64,000 bases of DNA from Candidatus Kapaibacterium sp. (GTDB lineage: Bacteria; Bacteroidota; Ignavibacteria; Kapaibacteriales; UBA2268). Below are positions 10,788-19,402 of this stretch, in pieces; positions within the stretch are counted from its first letter, which is position 1; the number at the start of each line of letters is the position of its first letter. The stretch spans positions 1,184,001 to 1,248,000 of the forward strand of contig OY762428.1 in the NCBI GenBank assembly GCA_963665665.1. The letters are read 5' to 3'. Made by a program: the position numbers and the translations under genes. The notes below the pieces were generated by a model that was not told the DNA's origin, searched no databases, and saw nothing but the letters and a program-made list of their open reading frames with translations.

Positions 10788-10889
10788 CATAAACTATCAG
10801 TAGGGATAATTCTATTTGCAGTCAAGCTTCAGAGCTTCGGCAATTTTTTCCCAGGATAATGTCAGCCACATGCCTTTTTACTTCTCATA

Positions 10890-11999
10890 TCAGAAAATTA
10901 ATCGGTTTTTCCTTTTCCTGCCAGTGGCGTCTGCTGCAATCAATGCATTCAAAACTTTATCCGGCGAAATAATTCCGGCTTCTTTATGAATTGATTCCTG
11001 TGGTTGGCATGCTTTTCGGGCAGCATCCGGCAATAAAGCCATTTTATCGCTGTTGATTCCAATTTCAGCAAATGTTGTCGGAAGGCCTAGTTCTTCACAG
11101 AAAGAATATACTTCCTCGATTTCTTCAATTGGCGCATCATTCAGATGCAATCCGGTAAGTGTTCCGAAGGCCACTTTCTCACCGTGGTAATAGTCCCGGG
11201 TTTCGGGAATTGCAGTTAACCCGTTATGAATTGAATGTGCAGCAGCAAGGCCTGAGCTTTCAAAACCAATACCGCTCAGCAGAATATTCGCTTCTATAAC
11301 ATGATCCAGTGCGGGAGTAACAATATTGTTTTCACATGCTGTTTTGGCTGCCGAACCATATTCAAGCAGAATATCATAACAAAGCCCGGCAAGATTCATT
11401 GCTGCCAGAGTGCTGTATCCACCGCATTCATTTGCAGATTTGCTACGGTTGCAGGAAGAAGCTTCGAACCATGTGGCCAGGGCATCACCCATACCGGCAA
11501 GAAGAAAACGCACCGGAGCCATAGCAATAACCTTAGAATCAACCAACACAACTTCGGGATTCATCTTCTGGTAATAAACCGATTCAAATTTTCCGTCCTC
11601 TGAATAAATAACAGCGCACCCGCTGCAAGGTGCATCCGAAGATGCAATTGTCGGAACAATAATGACCGGCAAACCGGCACGGTCGGCAACAATCTTAGCG
11701 GCATCAATAACTTTTCCGCCTCCCATACCGATAACAATATCTGCATTATTAGTTTCGATTACATTGCTGATACGTTGCAACTCACTCTCACAGCATTCTC
11801 CGCCAAAACCGGAATATACATTATTTGCCGGTAGAGTAATTTTAGGTAAAATATCTCTCATTACTGTCGGGGAGGCAATTGTTATCGGACTACTGCCCAG
11901 CAGGCTGATCAAATCGGGAAGCTGATCAATTGCATTTTCTCCCTGGATATACTTTCCTGGAAATGCTGCTTTGAATATTTCTCTGTTCCCTGATTCCAT
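10890..11999 (-). CDS. gldA: Glycerol dehydrogenase
   Basis: FPGKYIQG, GGGKVIDAAK, PTIASSDAPCS, GMGDALATWFEA, GLAAAHSIHNGLT, HGEKVAFG. Confidence 0.93.
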   Translation of the reverse strand: MESGNREIFKAAFPGKYIQGENAIDQLPDLISLLGSSPITIASPTVMRDILPKITLPANNVYSGFGGECCESELQRISNVIETNNADIVIGMGGGKVIDAAKIVADRAGLPVIIVPTIASSDAPCSGCAVIYSEDGKFESVYYQKMNPEVVLVDSKVIAMAPVRFLLAGMGDALATWFEASSCNRSKSANECGGYSTLAAMNLAGLCYDILLEYGSAAKTACENNIVTPALDHVIEANILLSGIGFESSGLAAAHSIHNGLTAIPETRDYYHGEKVAFGTLTGLHLNDAPIEEIEEVYSFCEELGLPTTFAEIGINSDKMALLPDAARKACQPQESIHKEAGIISPDKVLNALIAADATGRKRKNRLIF

Positions 12000-12025
12000 G
12001 ATGGTCTTTCAAAATTTATTAATTA

Positions 12026-12784
12026 TTAAATTGATTTTATTGCATCCGATGGCAGCCAGCCGACGTCTCCGTTTGCAAGTTTTATTTTCAGCCATTCATT
12101 CACCTTATCAAGAACTTTTACTTTAGCGCCCTCGTGCAGGATGAAAAGATCAGTACTATTCTCATCGGGAGAGCTCTTCACGTAAACGTTAACTGCAAAT
12201 ACAACGCCGCCACTGTTATCATTTTCAATCTGATTCGACTGATATCCCAGGTATGTTGAAATCCCGAAAAGCACTATCATCATAAAAGCTCCGGCAAAAA
12301 GTATTTTTTTAATCGCAGGCGACCAGATAAACATGAACCCGACGAGCATAAGGAATGCAAGCCATATAAATATAACAGCCGAAACGGCCCATCCTGTTGA
12401 AGACATCATACCAATAAATGATTCAAGCCACTCGGTAAGGAAGAATTTCGGTACGGGTGGAATTTTATCAATAGTACGAAGCATTGCCACATTTCTGTTA
12501 AAATCAATATCCTCATCTCCGGGAGATAGTTTTGCCGCTTTTTCGAAATATAAAATTGTCTCCGGAATTTTCCTCAGCCTGTAATAACAATTACCCATGT
12601 TATAATACAGATCAGCGGATTCTATCCCGTTTTTTTCAAGTTGGCTGTATAATTCCAGAGCCTGGGAATATTTGCCATCACTATAAAGATCATTAGCTTT
12701 TTTGAATGTATCAGTATTGCTTTCCGCTAAAAGCGAAACAGTAGCAAGTATTGTTATCAATATTATTATCAATGTGTTTCTCAT
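12026..12784 (-). CDS. batE: BatE (TPR + transmembrane + SH3)
   Basis: TPR (LYYNMGNCYY), two TM helices, C-terminal SH3 LFILHEGAKV...GWL; bat gene order. Confidence 0.88.
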   Translation of the reverse strand: MRNTLIIILITILATVSLLAESNTDTFKKANDLYSDGKYSQALELYSQLEKNGIESADLYYNMGNCYYRLRKIPETILYFEKAAKLSPGDEDIDFNRNVAMLRTIDKIPPVPKFFLTEWLESFIGMMSSTGWAVSAVIFIWLAFLMLVGFMFIWSPAIKKILFAGAFMMIVLFGISTYLGYQSNQIENDNSGGVVFAVNVYVKSSPDENSTDLFILHEGAKVKVLDKVNEWLKIKLANGDVGWLPSDAIKSI

Positions 12785-14589
12785 TTTAACCAGCCCTCCA
12801 TGTCAGTTATCAATGAAGCCGCGTTATCATAGGTTTTCTGCATAGCGCCGCTCTCACCGGAAGGTGAATAGCGAGCAAACTCGCATTCGTCAATTGTTTC
12901 CATATACAGTTCTGCTTTTTCGAGTGATACTTTGCGTTTATGCAATTCCTCCAGGGCAACATCTTTATTCAGATCGGCAAATTGAATTCCAAGTTTATCA
13001 CTTAGATATCCCCAGAGAGCTTTACTTGTCTCTTCATAAAATTTATCCCTGTCGTTTGCCGTCAGATGTTTCTTCGCGGCTGACAATCTTGCTTTCGCAA
13101 CTTTTGTAGCTTTTTTATTTCTTAAAAGGCTTTGATTCCTATTTTCTTCCTCTCGTTTTTTCCTGAAGAAAAACAGGAGAAAAAACAATGGAACAGGAAG
13201 CAGGGTGAGAATAATAAAGCCGAAAGATCCGAAAAATGATGGTTCCGATTTTGCTAAATCTGATGCATCAGTTTTAATAAACCTGATATCTTTACCAAGG
13301 TATTTCACATTTTCTTTCCGCACCCCTTCAACAACAGCCGATGAAGTACCGCCTTTACCTTTTGTAACTTTAATAGTAAATGGTTCGGAAGTGAGTGTAA
13401 CATACTTCTTTTTATCCAGGTCGAAATAAGTAAATTCTACAGGTTCAATATCGAACTCACCCGGATTGCGGGGAATCAGTAAGTATTCAAAAGTTTTATT
13501 ACCCTTGAAGCCGCCTGCAGAAACAGAAAGATTATCGGATTCCTTGGGTTCGTAGGATTCAATATCCGGTGGTAATTCAACTGCTATAGGGTCAATCAAT
13601 TTGATATTACCACTGCCGCTGATTCGGATTTTCAGGCTAACAGGCTCATTGGATTTTGTTTCGGTTTTGTCCAGCCAGGCTTTCATTTCAAGCCGGCCAA
13701 CACCGCCTGCAAAACTTGCAGGAGGATTATCAGGAAGTGGTTTAACCGTTATCGAACCTGCCCTGGAACGCACGGTATGATCAAAATTCTTATAATTCCT
13801 TGATCCGAAGAATGATTCAAACGGATCGCGAGACCTGCGGCCACCGTTTACCTGAAGCTGAGCCACGGCATTAAGTTCAACAGGATCGATAGACAATTTT
13901 CCAACCTGTTGCGGCAGAAGCATAACTTTCTGAATAGTAACAGCCTCATAACGTACTCCGTCAAGTACTTCAGCCCGCCAGTTCTGCTTTGCCCCCAGGT
14001 CCTGAGCCCAGAATCCGTTGAAAGCAGGCATTTTAGGAAGATCAAGATCTGCAAGACGCAAATCGGGATGCTTGTATAATGTGTAAGTTACCATAACAGG
14101 TTCGCCAAGATACACGGTCTTTTTACTTTGGCTGAGCCTGACAAAAAGATTATCTGCAATTATTTTCCTTGCCTGGCTGGTTTGATCCTTTTCCTGCTGC
14201 TGTTTTGCTATCTGAGCCTTCGTCGGGTCTGTTACCCGGATAGTTATTGAATTCGATCTGACAGTTTTACCATCAACTTTTACCGTAGCAGGTTTTATTG
14301 TATAAGTTCCCTTTTTGGGTGCCTGCAGGACATAAGTAAATGATTTCGACTGGCTCATCCTGCCGTTTATAATACTCGTACTCGAGGATTGGCTGGGCCC
14401 CATCAATACTTTGAAAGGCGAAAAGCGTGGCGGGCTGAAATTTGAGCCGTTCCCTTCAATATTAAAAGTCAATTGGAATCTTTCACCCTGCGATACCGGA
14501 TTCTTGCTGACCGATGCCGTGAATTTCGCGGCAAATAAATTGGTCAGAGCCAGTGTAAATATTACTAATATTAATGATAATCTTTTCAT
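12781..14589 (-). CDS. batD: BatD
   Basis: GPSQSSSTSIINGR, FNGFWAQDL, LIPRNPGEF, C-terminal TM and CEFARYSP. Confidence 0.92.
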   Translation of the reverse strand: MKRLSLILVIFTLALTNLFAAKFTASVSKNPVSQGERFQLTFNIEGNGSNFSPPRFSPFKVLMGPSQSSSTSIINGRMSQSKSFTYVLQAPKKGTYTIKPATVKVDGKTVRSNSITIRVTDPTKAQIAKQQQEKDQTSQARKIIADNLFVRLSQSKKTVYLGEPVMVTYTLYKHPDLRLADLDLPKMPAFNGFWAQDLGAKQNWRAEVLDGVRYEAVTIQKVMLLPQQVGKLSIDPVELNAVAQLQVNGGRRSRDPFESFFGSRNYKNFDHTVRSRAGSITVKPLPDNPPASFAGGVGRLEMKAWLDKTETKSNEPVSLKIRISGSGNIKLIDPIAVELPPDIESYEPKESDNLSVSAGGFKGNKTFEYLLIPRNPGEFDIEPVEFTYFDLDKKKYVTLTSEPFTIKVTKGKGGTSSAVVEGVRKENVKYLGKDIRFIKTDASDLAKSEPSFFGSFGFIILTLLPVPLFFLLFFFRKKREEENRNQSLLRNKKATKVAKARLSAAKKHLTANDRDKFYEETSKALWGYLSDKLGIQFADLNKDVALEELHKRKVSLEKAELYMETIDECEFARYSPSGESGAMQKTYDNAASLITDMEGWLK

Positions 14590-14624
14590 AATACCGATTC
14601 AATATTGATTGACAATAGTTGAAA

Positions 14625-15437
14625 TTACCAGTTCTTTTCAAGTTTTCTTTTATTACCTTTTTTCTTTTGCAGTTTTTTCAGAACATTTTTCTCATCCCTT
14701 TGCAATGCCTGGAGAATCCTGCGCGCTTCCTCGTCAGAGATTTTTTGATCTTTTCTTTCTCCCTGCTGAGCCTGCTGCTGGTCTTTCTTGTCTCCCTGCT
14801 GCTGTTGCTGCTGCTGCTGCTCTTTTTTATCCTGGTTTTGCTTGTCCTGATTTTGCTGCTGCTGGTCCTGTTTATCTTTATTCTGGTCTTTTTTATCCTT
14901 ATTCTGCTGATCTTTGTTCTGTTGGTCTTTGTTTTGATCTTTATTCTGGTCTTTTTTGTCCTGATCTTTCTGATCCTTATTCTGCTGTTGCTGCTGTTGT
15001 TGTCTCATTTTTTCAAGGGCATACTGAAGGTTATATTTCGTATCCATATCTTTGGGATTAAGTTTCAATGCATTTTTATATGCATCTATACTTTCCTTGT
15101 ATTTCTGCGCCTGTAAAAAAGAGTTCCCAAGATTATGAAATACTTTTGCTTTAGTATCATCATCAAGGTTGAGATTTGATACATTGGCAAAATGTTTTGC
15201 AGCATCCTCGTAATTTCCCTGCTTATAAATAGCGTCGCCCAGGTTGAAGGAACCTTTAGTATTCAACGGGTCTTCCTCCAAAGCCTTTCGGTATTTTATT
15301 TCCGCTTCATTGTATTTTTTTTCTTTATACTGCTTGTTGCCTTCGCTGATCTGGCTTTTTACTTCGTCAGCTTCGGCATAAGAAAACAGAATAAAAATTG
15401 ATAATAACACAGGAACAAATATTTTCATTTTACTCAT
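14625..15437 (-). CDS. batC: BatC (TPR protein with Q/D/K-rich linker)
   Basis: TPRs, KYNLQYA, low-complexity linker, C-terminal EKNW. Start set at ATG 15437, which follows aaggagg. Confidence 0.88.
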   Translation of the reverse strand: MSKMKIFVPVLLSIFILFSYAEADEVKSQISEGNKQYKEKKYNEAEIKYRKALEEDPLNTKGSFNLGDAIYKQGNYEDAAKHFANVSNLNLDDDTKAKVFHNLGNSFLQAQKYKESIDAYKNALKLNPKDMDTKYNLQYALEKMRQQQQQQQNKDQKDQDKKDQNKDQNKDQQNKDQQNKDKKDQNKDKQDQQQQNQDKQNQDKKEQQQQQQQQGDKKDQQQAQQGERKDQKISDEEARRILQALQRDEKNVLKKLQKKKGNKRKLEKNW

Positions 15438-16494
15438 TTTCTTCCCTCCTTTGATTACCACCTGCAAATACATTTAGTGCTGTCAGGTATTTGTTTCTCT
15501 TGTCGGAAACAACAAATTCAAAAACAATAAATACCAGCGCTGCCGCTATCGGATATTGGAATCGGTCTTCATATTCGGTAAACATTTTGGACCCGTATTC
15601 CTTCTTTTCCATTTTATCAATATCCTGAAGCAGTTTTTCCAGGTCCGGATCAGGGCCGTCGGCGCTGATAAACCTTCCGTTTCCGGCTGCTGCAACCTGC
15701 TGAAGCATTCCTGGATCAAGTTTAGTCAGAATGGTCTCCCCGTATTTATCTTTTCTGAATCCAACCCTGTTACCGCCTTTGTAAATCGGAATTGGCGCGC
15801 CACCGGCCGAACCCATTCCTATTGTATGAATAACTACTCCCTGCTCGGCGGCTTTTTTGGCAGTACCAAGGGCATCATCTTCATGATTCTCGCCGTCAGT
15901 AATAATAATCAGGACTTTATGCTTCTCATCATCCTTCTCGAAAGCGCTTAAAGCCGTTTCGATAGCACCACCAAGGGCTGTTCCCTGTGTTTCTATCATA
16001 TCCGTATCGATTGTTGACAGCAGAAGCTTTGCGGCACTGTAATCAGTTGTTAAAGGAAGCTGCATGAAGGATGTTCCAGCAAAAGCCACAATACCAATAC
16101 GGTCATTTCTTAACTTATCAATTAGCCTTGAAATTGATTTCTTTGCCCTTTCAAGCCTGCTTGGCTTTATGTCTTCGGCTTCCATACTATTTGATACGTC
16201 AAGGGCAATTACTACATCAACACCCTCTCTTTTTACTTCCTCCATCTTGGAACCTATCTGCGGATTGGCAATACCGAGAACGATAAATAATATCGTAATC
16301 ATAAGAAGAACAAACCTGAACCAGGGCTTGAATCGGGATACATCCGGCTGGAGCCGCCTTATAAGCCTTGTTTCACCATACTCTTCCATCAGTTCCCGCC
16401 TTCTGTGGCGAACAAAAATAAACAACAGAATGAAAAAGGGTATTAATGCCAATCCATAAAGGAAAACATCGTTTTCAAATCTGAATATGTCCAT
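15430..16494 (-). CDS. batB: BatB (VWA domain membrane protein)
   Basis: MIDAS DVSNSM, PSRLERAK, PLTTD, ITDGENHE, EDRFQYP. Confidence 0.9.
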   Translation of the reverse strand: MDIFRFENDVFLYGLALIPFFILLFIFVRHRRRELMEEYGETRLIRRLQPDVSRFKPWFRFVLLMITILFIVLGIANPQIGSKMEEVKREGVDVVIALDVSNSMEAEDIKPSRLERAKKSISRLIDKLRNDRIGIVAFAGTSFMQLPLTTDYSAAKLLLSTIDTDMIETQGTALGGAIETALSAFEKDDEKHKVLIIITDGENHEDDALGTAKKAAEQGVVIHTIGMGSAGGAPIPIYKGGNRVGFRKDKYGETILTKLDPGMLQQVAAAGNGRFISADGPDPDLEKLLQDIDKMEKKEYGSKMFTEYEDRFQYPIAAALVFIVFEFVVSDKRNKYLTALNVFAGGNQRREENE

Positions 16495-16654
16495 TAATTC
16501 TTTCTCCTATAATATACATTTATTATAATTGTCATAAACAGTTTTGCAAGTTATGAATATTCTAATAATAATAAAACACTCTGCTATCAAAAAGGATTAG
16601 CCTTTTTGCGTTATTTATGACGAAGATTTCTGCAAAAATGTTTTAAATTTTTTT

Positions 16655-16684
16655 TGTAACCAAACAGGATTTTCAAACGACATC
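16655..16684 (+). promoter_or_regulatory. Putative ECF-type autoregulatory promoter TGTAAC-N17-CGAC
   Basis: tgtaac at 16655-16660, 17-nt spacer, cgacatc from 16678; directly upstream of the ECF gene. Confidence 0.55.
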
Positions 16685-16714
16685 CTGATGTATTTGGAAT
16701 TAAGAGAATTGAAA

Positions 16715-17266
16715 ATGGATAATCCGGATTATACAAAGCAATTTTTTGACTTACTTGAACCGGTTTACAGAAAACTGGAAAGGTTCGCCCTGGCAATTTC
16801 GCGGGATGAACATCAGGCAAAGGACATTGTAAGCGAAACTGTGCTTACAGCTCATGCCGGCTTCTCGAAATTGAGAAACAAACAAGCCTTCCTCAGTTTT
16901 CTGTTTACAATAGCAAGGCGGGCTGTCGTGAATGAATTTAGAAAAAACAGGCCTGACAGGTTTGACTATGAAATCGAACCCGACAACTTTGCTAAAGATT
17001 CAATGCTTCCTGACGTAAGGACTGATATCACCCTGCTGAGAGAGGCAATTAATAAGTTGAAAACTAAGGACAGGGAAGCAATTGTTCTTTATGAAATAAG
17101 CGGTTTTTCCGTGAAAGAACTTGCTGACATTCAGAATTGCTCGCTAACAGCAGCAAAAGTGAGGCTGTTCAGGGCAAGAAAAAAACTGGCCGGAATTCTC
17201 GGTGTTCCGGATATTAAAAAGAATGAAACAATAACCTTACAGGCTGGCGCCGGAGGTAAAATATGA
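16715..17266 (+). CDS. ECF RNA polymerase sigma-70 factor
   Basis: Region 2 (AKDIVSETVL, FLFTIAR) and region 4 (REAIVLYEISGFS...KVRLFRARKKL). Start at 16715 preferred; 16688 is possible. Confidence 0.92.
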   Translation: MDNPDYTKQFFDLLEPVYRKLERFALAISRDEHQAKDIVSETVLTAHAGFSKLRNKQAFLSFLFTIARRAVVNEFRKNRPDRFDYEIEPDNFAKDSMLPDVRTDITLLREAINKLKTKDREAIVLYEISGFSVKELADIQNCSLTAAKVRLFRARKKLAGILGVPDIKKNETITLQAGAGGKI

Positions 17267-19227
17267 AAAACAAAAAAAATCTACAGACATATTTGAATAA
17301 ATTGAATAGTGAAATAGACAACAAAAGTCTTTTCACGCAAGATGAACTCCATGGATTAATTAGTGAAAACAGCGGTACCGCGACAAAAAGCAATAGAACT
17401 TTTAAAACAGGAAAATTTAAAATGATAACAAATTCGGGAATTTTTAAAATGTTAAGTATATCAGCTTTAATTGTCGCAGCAGCATCCTTCCTGACTTTCA
17501 ATGGTTTCTTTGGCTCGGGAAGCAACAATGAAAACACGGAAACCGGACCAACGGTAAAAATTCCGATAATCAAATTGTCGGAAAGCGAATTAAAAAAAAT
17601 TGGAATCACAAAAATTGAAAATGGCTACAGCTTTTTATCCCAAAGTTGCGCGGACGGCGCTGAAAGCTATGAGAAGGAAATGCTTATAAAGGGATACCCG
17701 TCCAATGACGATGAAGATATATTTCGTTCAACTGAAATACTGACCTTCACGAAAAAAGAATACTTTGATATGAGTGGCGGTATGATAGACTATGCTGGCT
17801 GGGATTTAAGAAAGCCATCTCCGATAATGCCCTTGGGGCTGAATTTTACTTATCATACTTCTGGCGGATGTGGTTCCGGCAGTTCATGCTTTGGATTTGC
17901 ACCTCTTATTGAGGAAAGAAGAGATTTCTTCAGAGAGATCGGTGATTTCTTTACCATTAAATTTATTAAACCAAAAATTAATCCCGAAGAAATTGAATTT
18001 CTTACTATAAATACAGAGAAAAATCCATACGCAGCTCAGATAATACCTGTATTTATTCCATTCTATGACGAAGACGGAAACAGGGGCGATTGCATACTGT
18101 GGTATCTGCCAACGCCGGAATTCGTTGATATGCTGCCCGAAAGATATTCTTCATATATTAGAGAAAATTTGAACATCATATCTTATCTTGAAGATACCGG
18201 CAGTGGCGACTTGGAGATAAAACCCGAAATGAACATGAATTACCAAAATCAAAAGGAAATTGCAGGTATTAAATATATTGAACTGAGTGAAAATGAATTA
18301 CTGCAATTGAATATCAGGTATAAAGACAATTCATGGCTGATACCGGCAAGACATCAGGAAGTTAAAAAATCCGAAACTGATGGGGCACTGCTTTCGGAAC
18401 TGAAAAAATCAGGTATTTCAATCAGCAGGGCAGTCCTGAATTTTGATGAAGTAATTTCTGCCGGCTTAAAAGAAAACAATACGGAATATATTTCATTTGA
18501 TAATAGTAAAACCAAAATTTTCCCTCTTGTAATATCATCATTAGGAAAGTTTTGGAACTACAGAAAAGATATCGACTACTGGGAACCGGCTTCGAGGCAG
18601 TCTGTAATTACCCTTCTTGACGAATATAAATCAGACGATGAAGAAATAAAGGCTGTAAATTCAGTAATTAAGAACAATGCGCTTAATTCAATCGCCGGAA
18701 TTGAAAATTTAATCAATGTCAGGATTTTAAAAAACTATTCTTCACCTGATGATAAAAAGCACCCTGTAATTCATGAAATAAACCTCTGGTATGAGATCAC
18801 TCCCGAATTCATCAACGCATTGCCGGACCGATACAAAGTACCATTATCAAAAGAGTTCAATATAATGAAGAAAATTGAGCAGGGAACTATCAAACCGGAA
18901 AAAGCCTGCGATGAATTGAATAATGATACTAGCTATATGAACGTATGCGAGACAGCAGCAGCAAAAGAATTCAAGCTCCTTGTTTCCCCTAACCCGGCTA
19001 CGGATAAAATTACAATAGGATTTCATCTTCCGGAAGCCTCAGGTATAAGTCTGGGATTGTACGAAATTACCGGTAATAAAATTATGGACTTCATTCCATT
19101 CGATAATATGAGTGCCGGCATTCATGATAGAAACTTCAACCTGAATGGTTTGAGTCAGGGAGTTTACCTGCTGATTCTAAAACTGGAAAACGGCAAAACT
19201 GCAATGAAAAAACTGATCATACAGTAA
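17263..19227 (+). CDS. Putative membrane-anchored anti-sigma factor with duplicated periplasmic domain and T9SS CTD
   Basis: ATGA overlap with the ECF stop and GGAGGT RBS. About 60 aa hydrophilic N-terminus, one TM, an internal repeat, then VSPNPA...QGVYLL...KKLIIQ. Confidence 0.75.
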   Translation: MKNKKNLQTYLNKLNSEIDNKSLFTQDELHGLISENSGTATKSNRTFKTGKFKMITNSGIFKMLSISALIVAAASFLTFNGFFGSGSNNENTETGPTVKIPIIKLSESELKKIGITKIENGYSFLSQSCADGAESYEKEMLIKGYPSNDDEDIFRSTEILTFTKKEYFDMSGGMIDYAGWDLRKPSPIMPLGLNFTYHTSGGCGSGSSCFGFAPLIEERRDFFREIGDFFTIKFIKPKINPEEIEFLTINTEKNPYAAQIIPVFIPFYDEDGNRGDCILWYLPTPEFVDMLPERYSSYIRENLNIISYLEDTGSGDLEIKPEMNMNYQNQKEIAGIKYIELSENELLQLNIRYKDNSWLIPARHQEVKKSETDGALLSELKKSGISISRAVLNFDEVISAGLKENNTEYISFDNSKTKIFPLVISSLGKFWNYRKDIDYWEPASRQSVITLLDEYKSDDEEIKAVNSVIKNNALNSIAGIENLINVRILKNYSSPDDKKHPVIHEINLWYEITPEFINALPDRYKVPLSKEFNIMKKIEQGTIKPEKACDELNNDTSYMNVCETAAAKEFKLLVSPNPATDKITIGFHLPEASGISLGLYEITGNKIMDFIPFDNMSAGIHDRNFNLNGLSQGVYLLILKLENGKTAMKKLIIQ

Positions 19228-19260
19228 AAAAACTGTTTCTTATAAAAAAATCCAAAGATT

Positions 19261-19291
19261 ACCCGGGATAATTTATTCCGGGTTTTCTTTT
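19261..19291 (+). terminator. Intrinsic terminator
   Basis: acccgggataatttattccgggt followed by tttcttt. Confidence 0.7.
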
Positions 19292-19402
19292 GAGTTTAAT
19301 GCATTCGCAGAATAAAATTGTTTTTTCTGTAAATTCTGATTATTTTTAAGTACGGATTCTGTTTAATCTGAATCCTTATAGTAGTAATCAAAAAGGTGAA
19401 TC

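Noticed and set aside
14790-15005. Short repeats (ctg/ttg runs) as a CRISPR array or VNTR
   Set aside because: Coding low-complexity sequence in batC; no repeat-spacer structure.
14609-15116. Hydrophobic Leu-rich and Ala-rich ORFs on the + strand
   Set aside because: Antisense shadows of the Q/D/K-rich linker of BatC.
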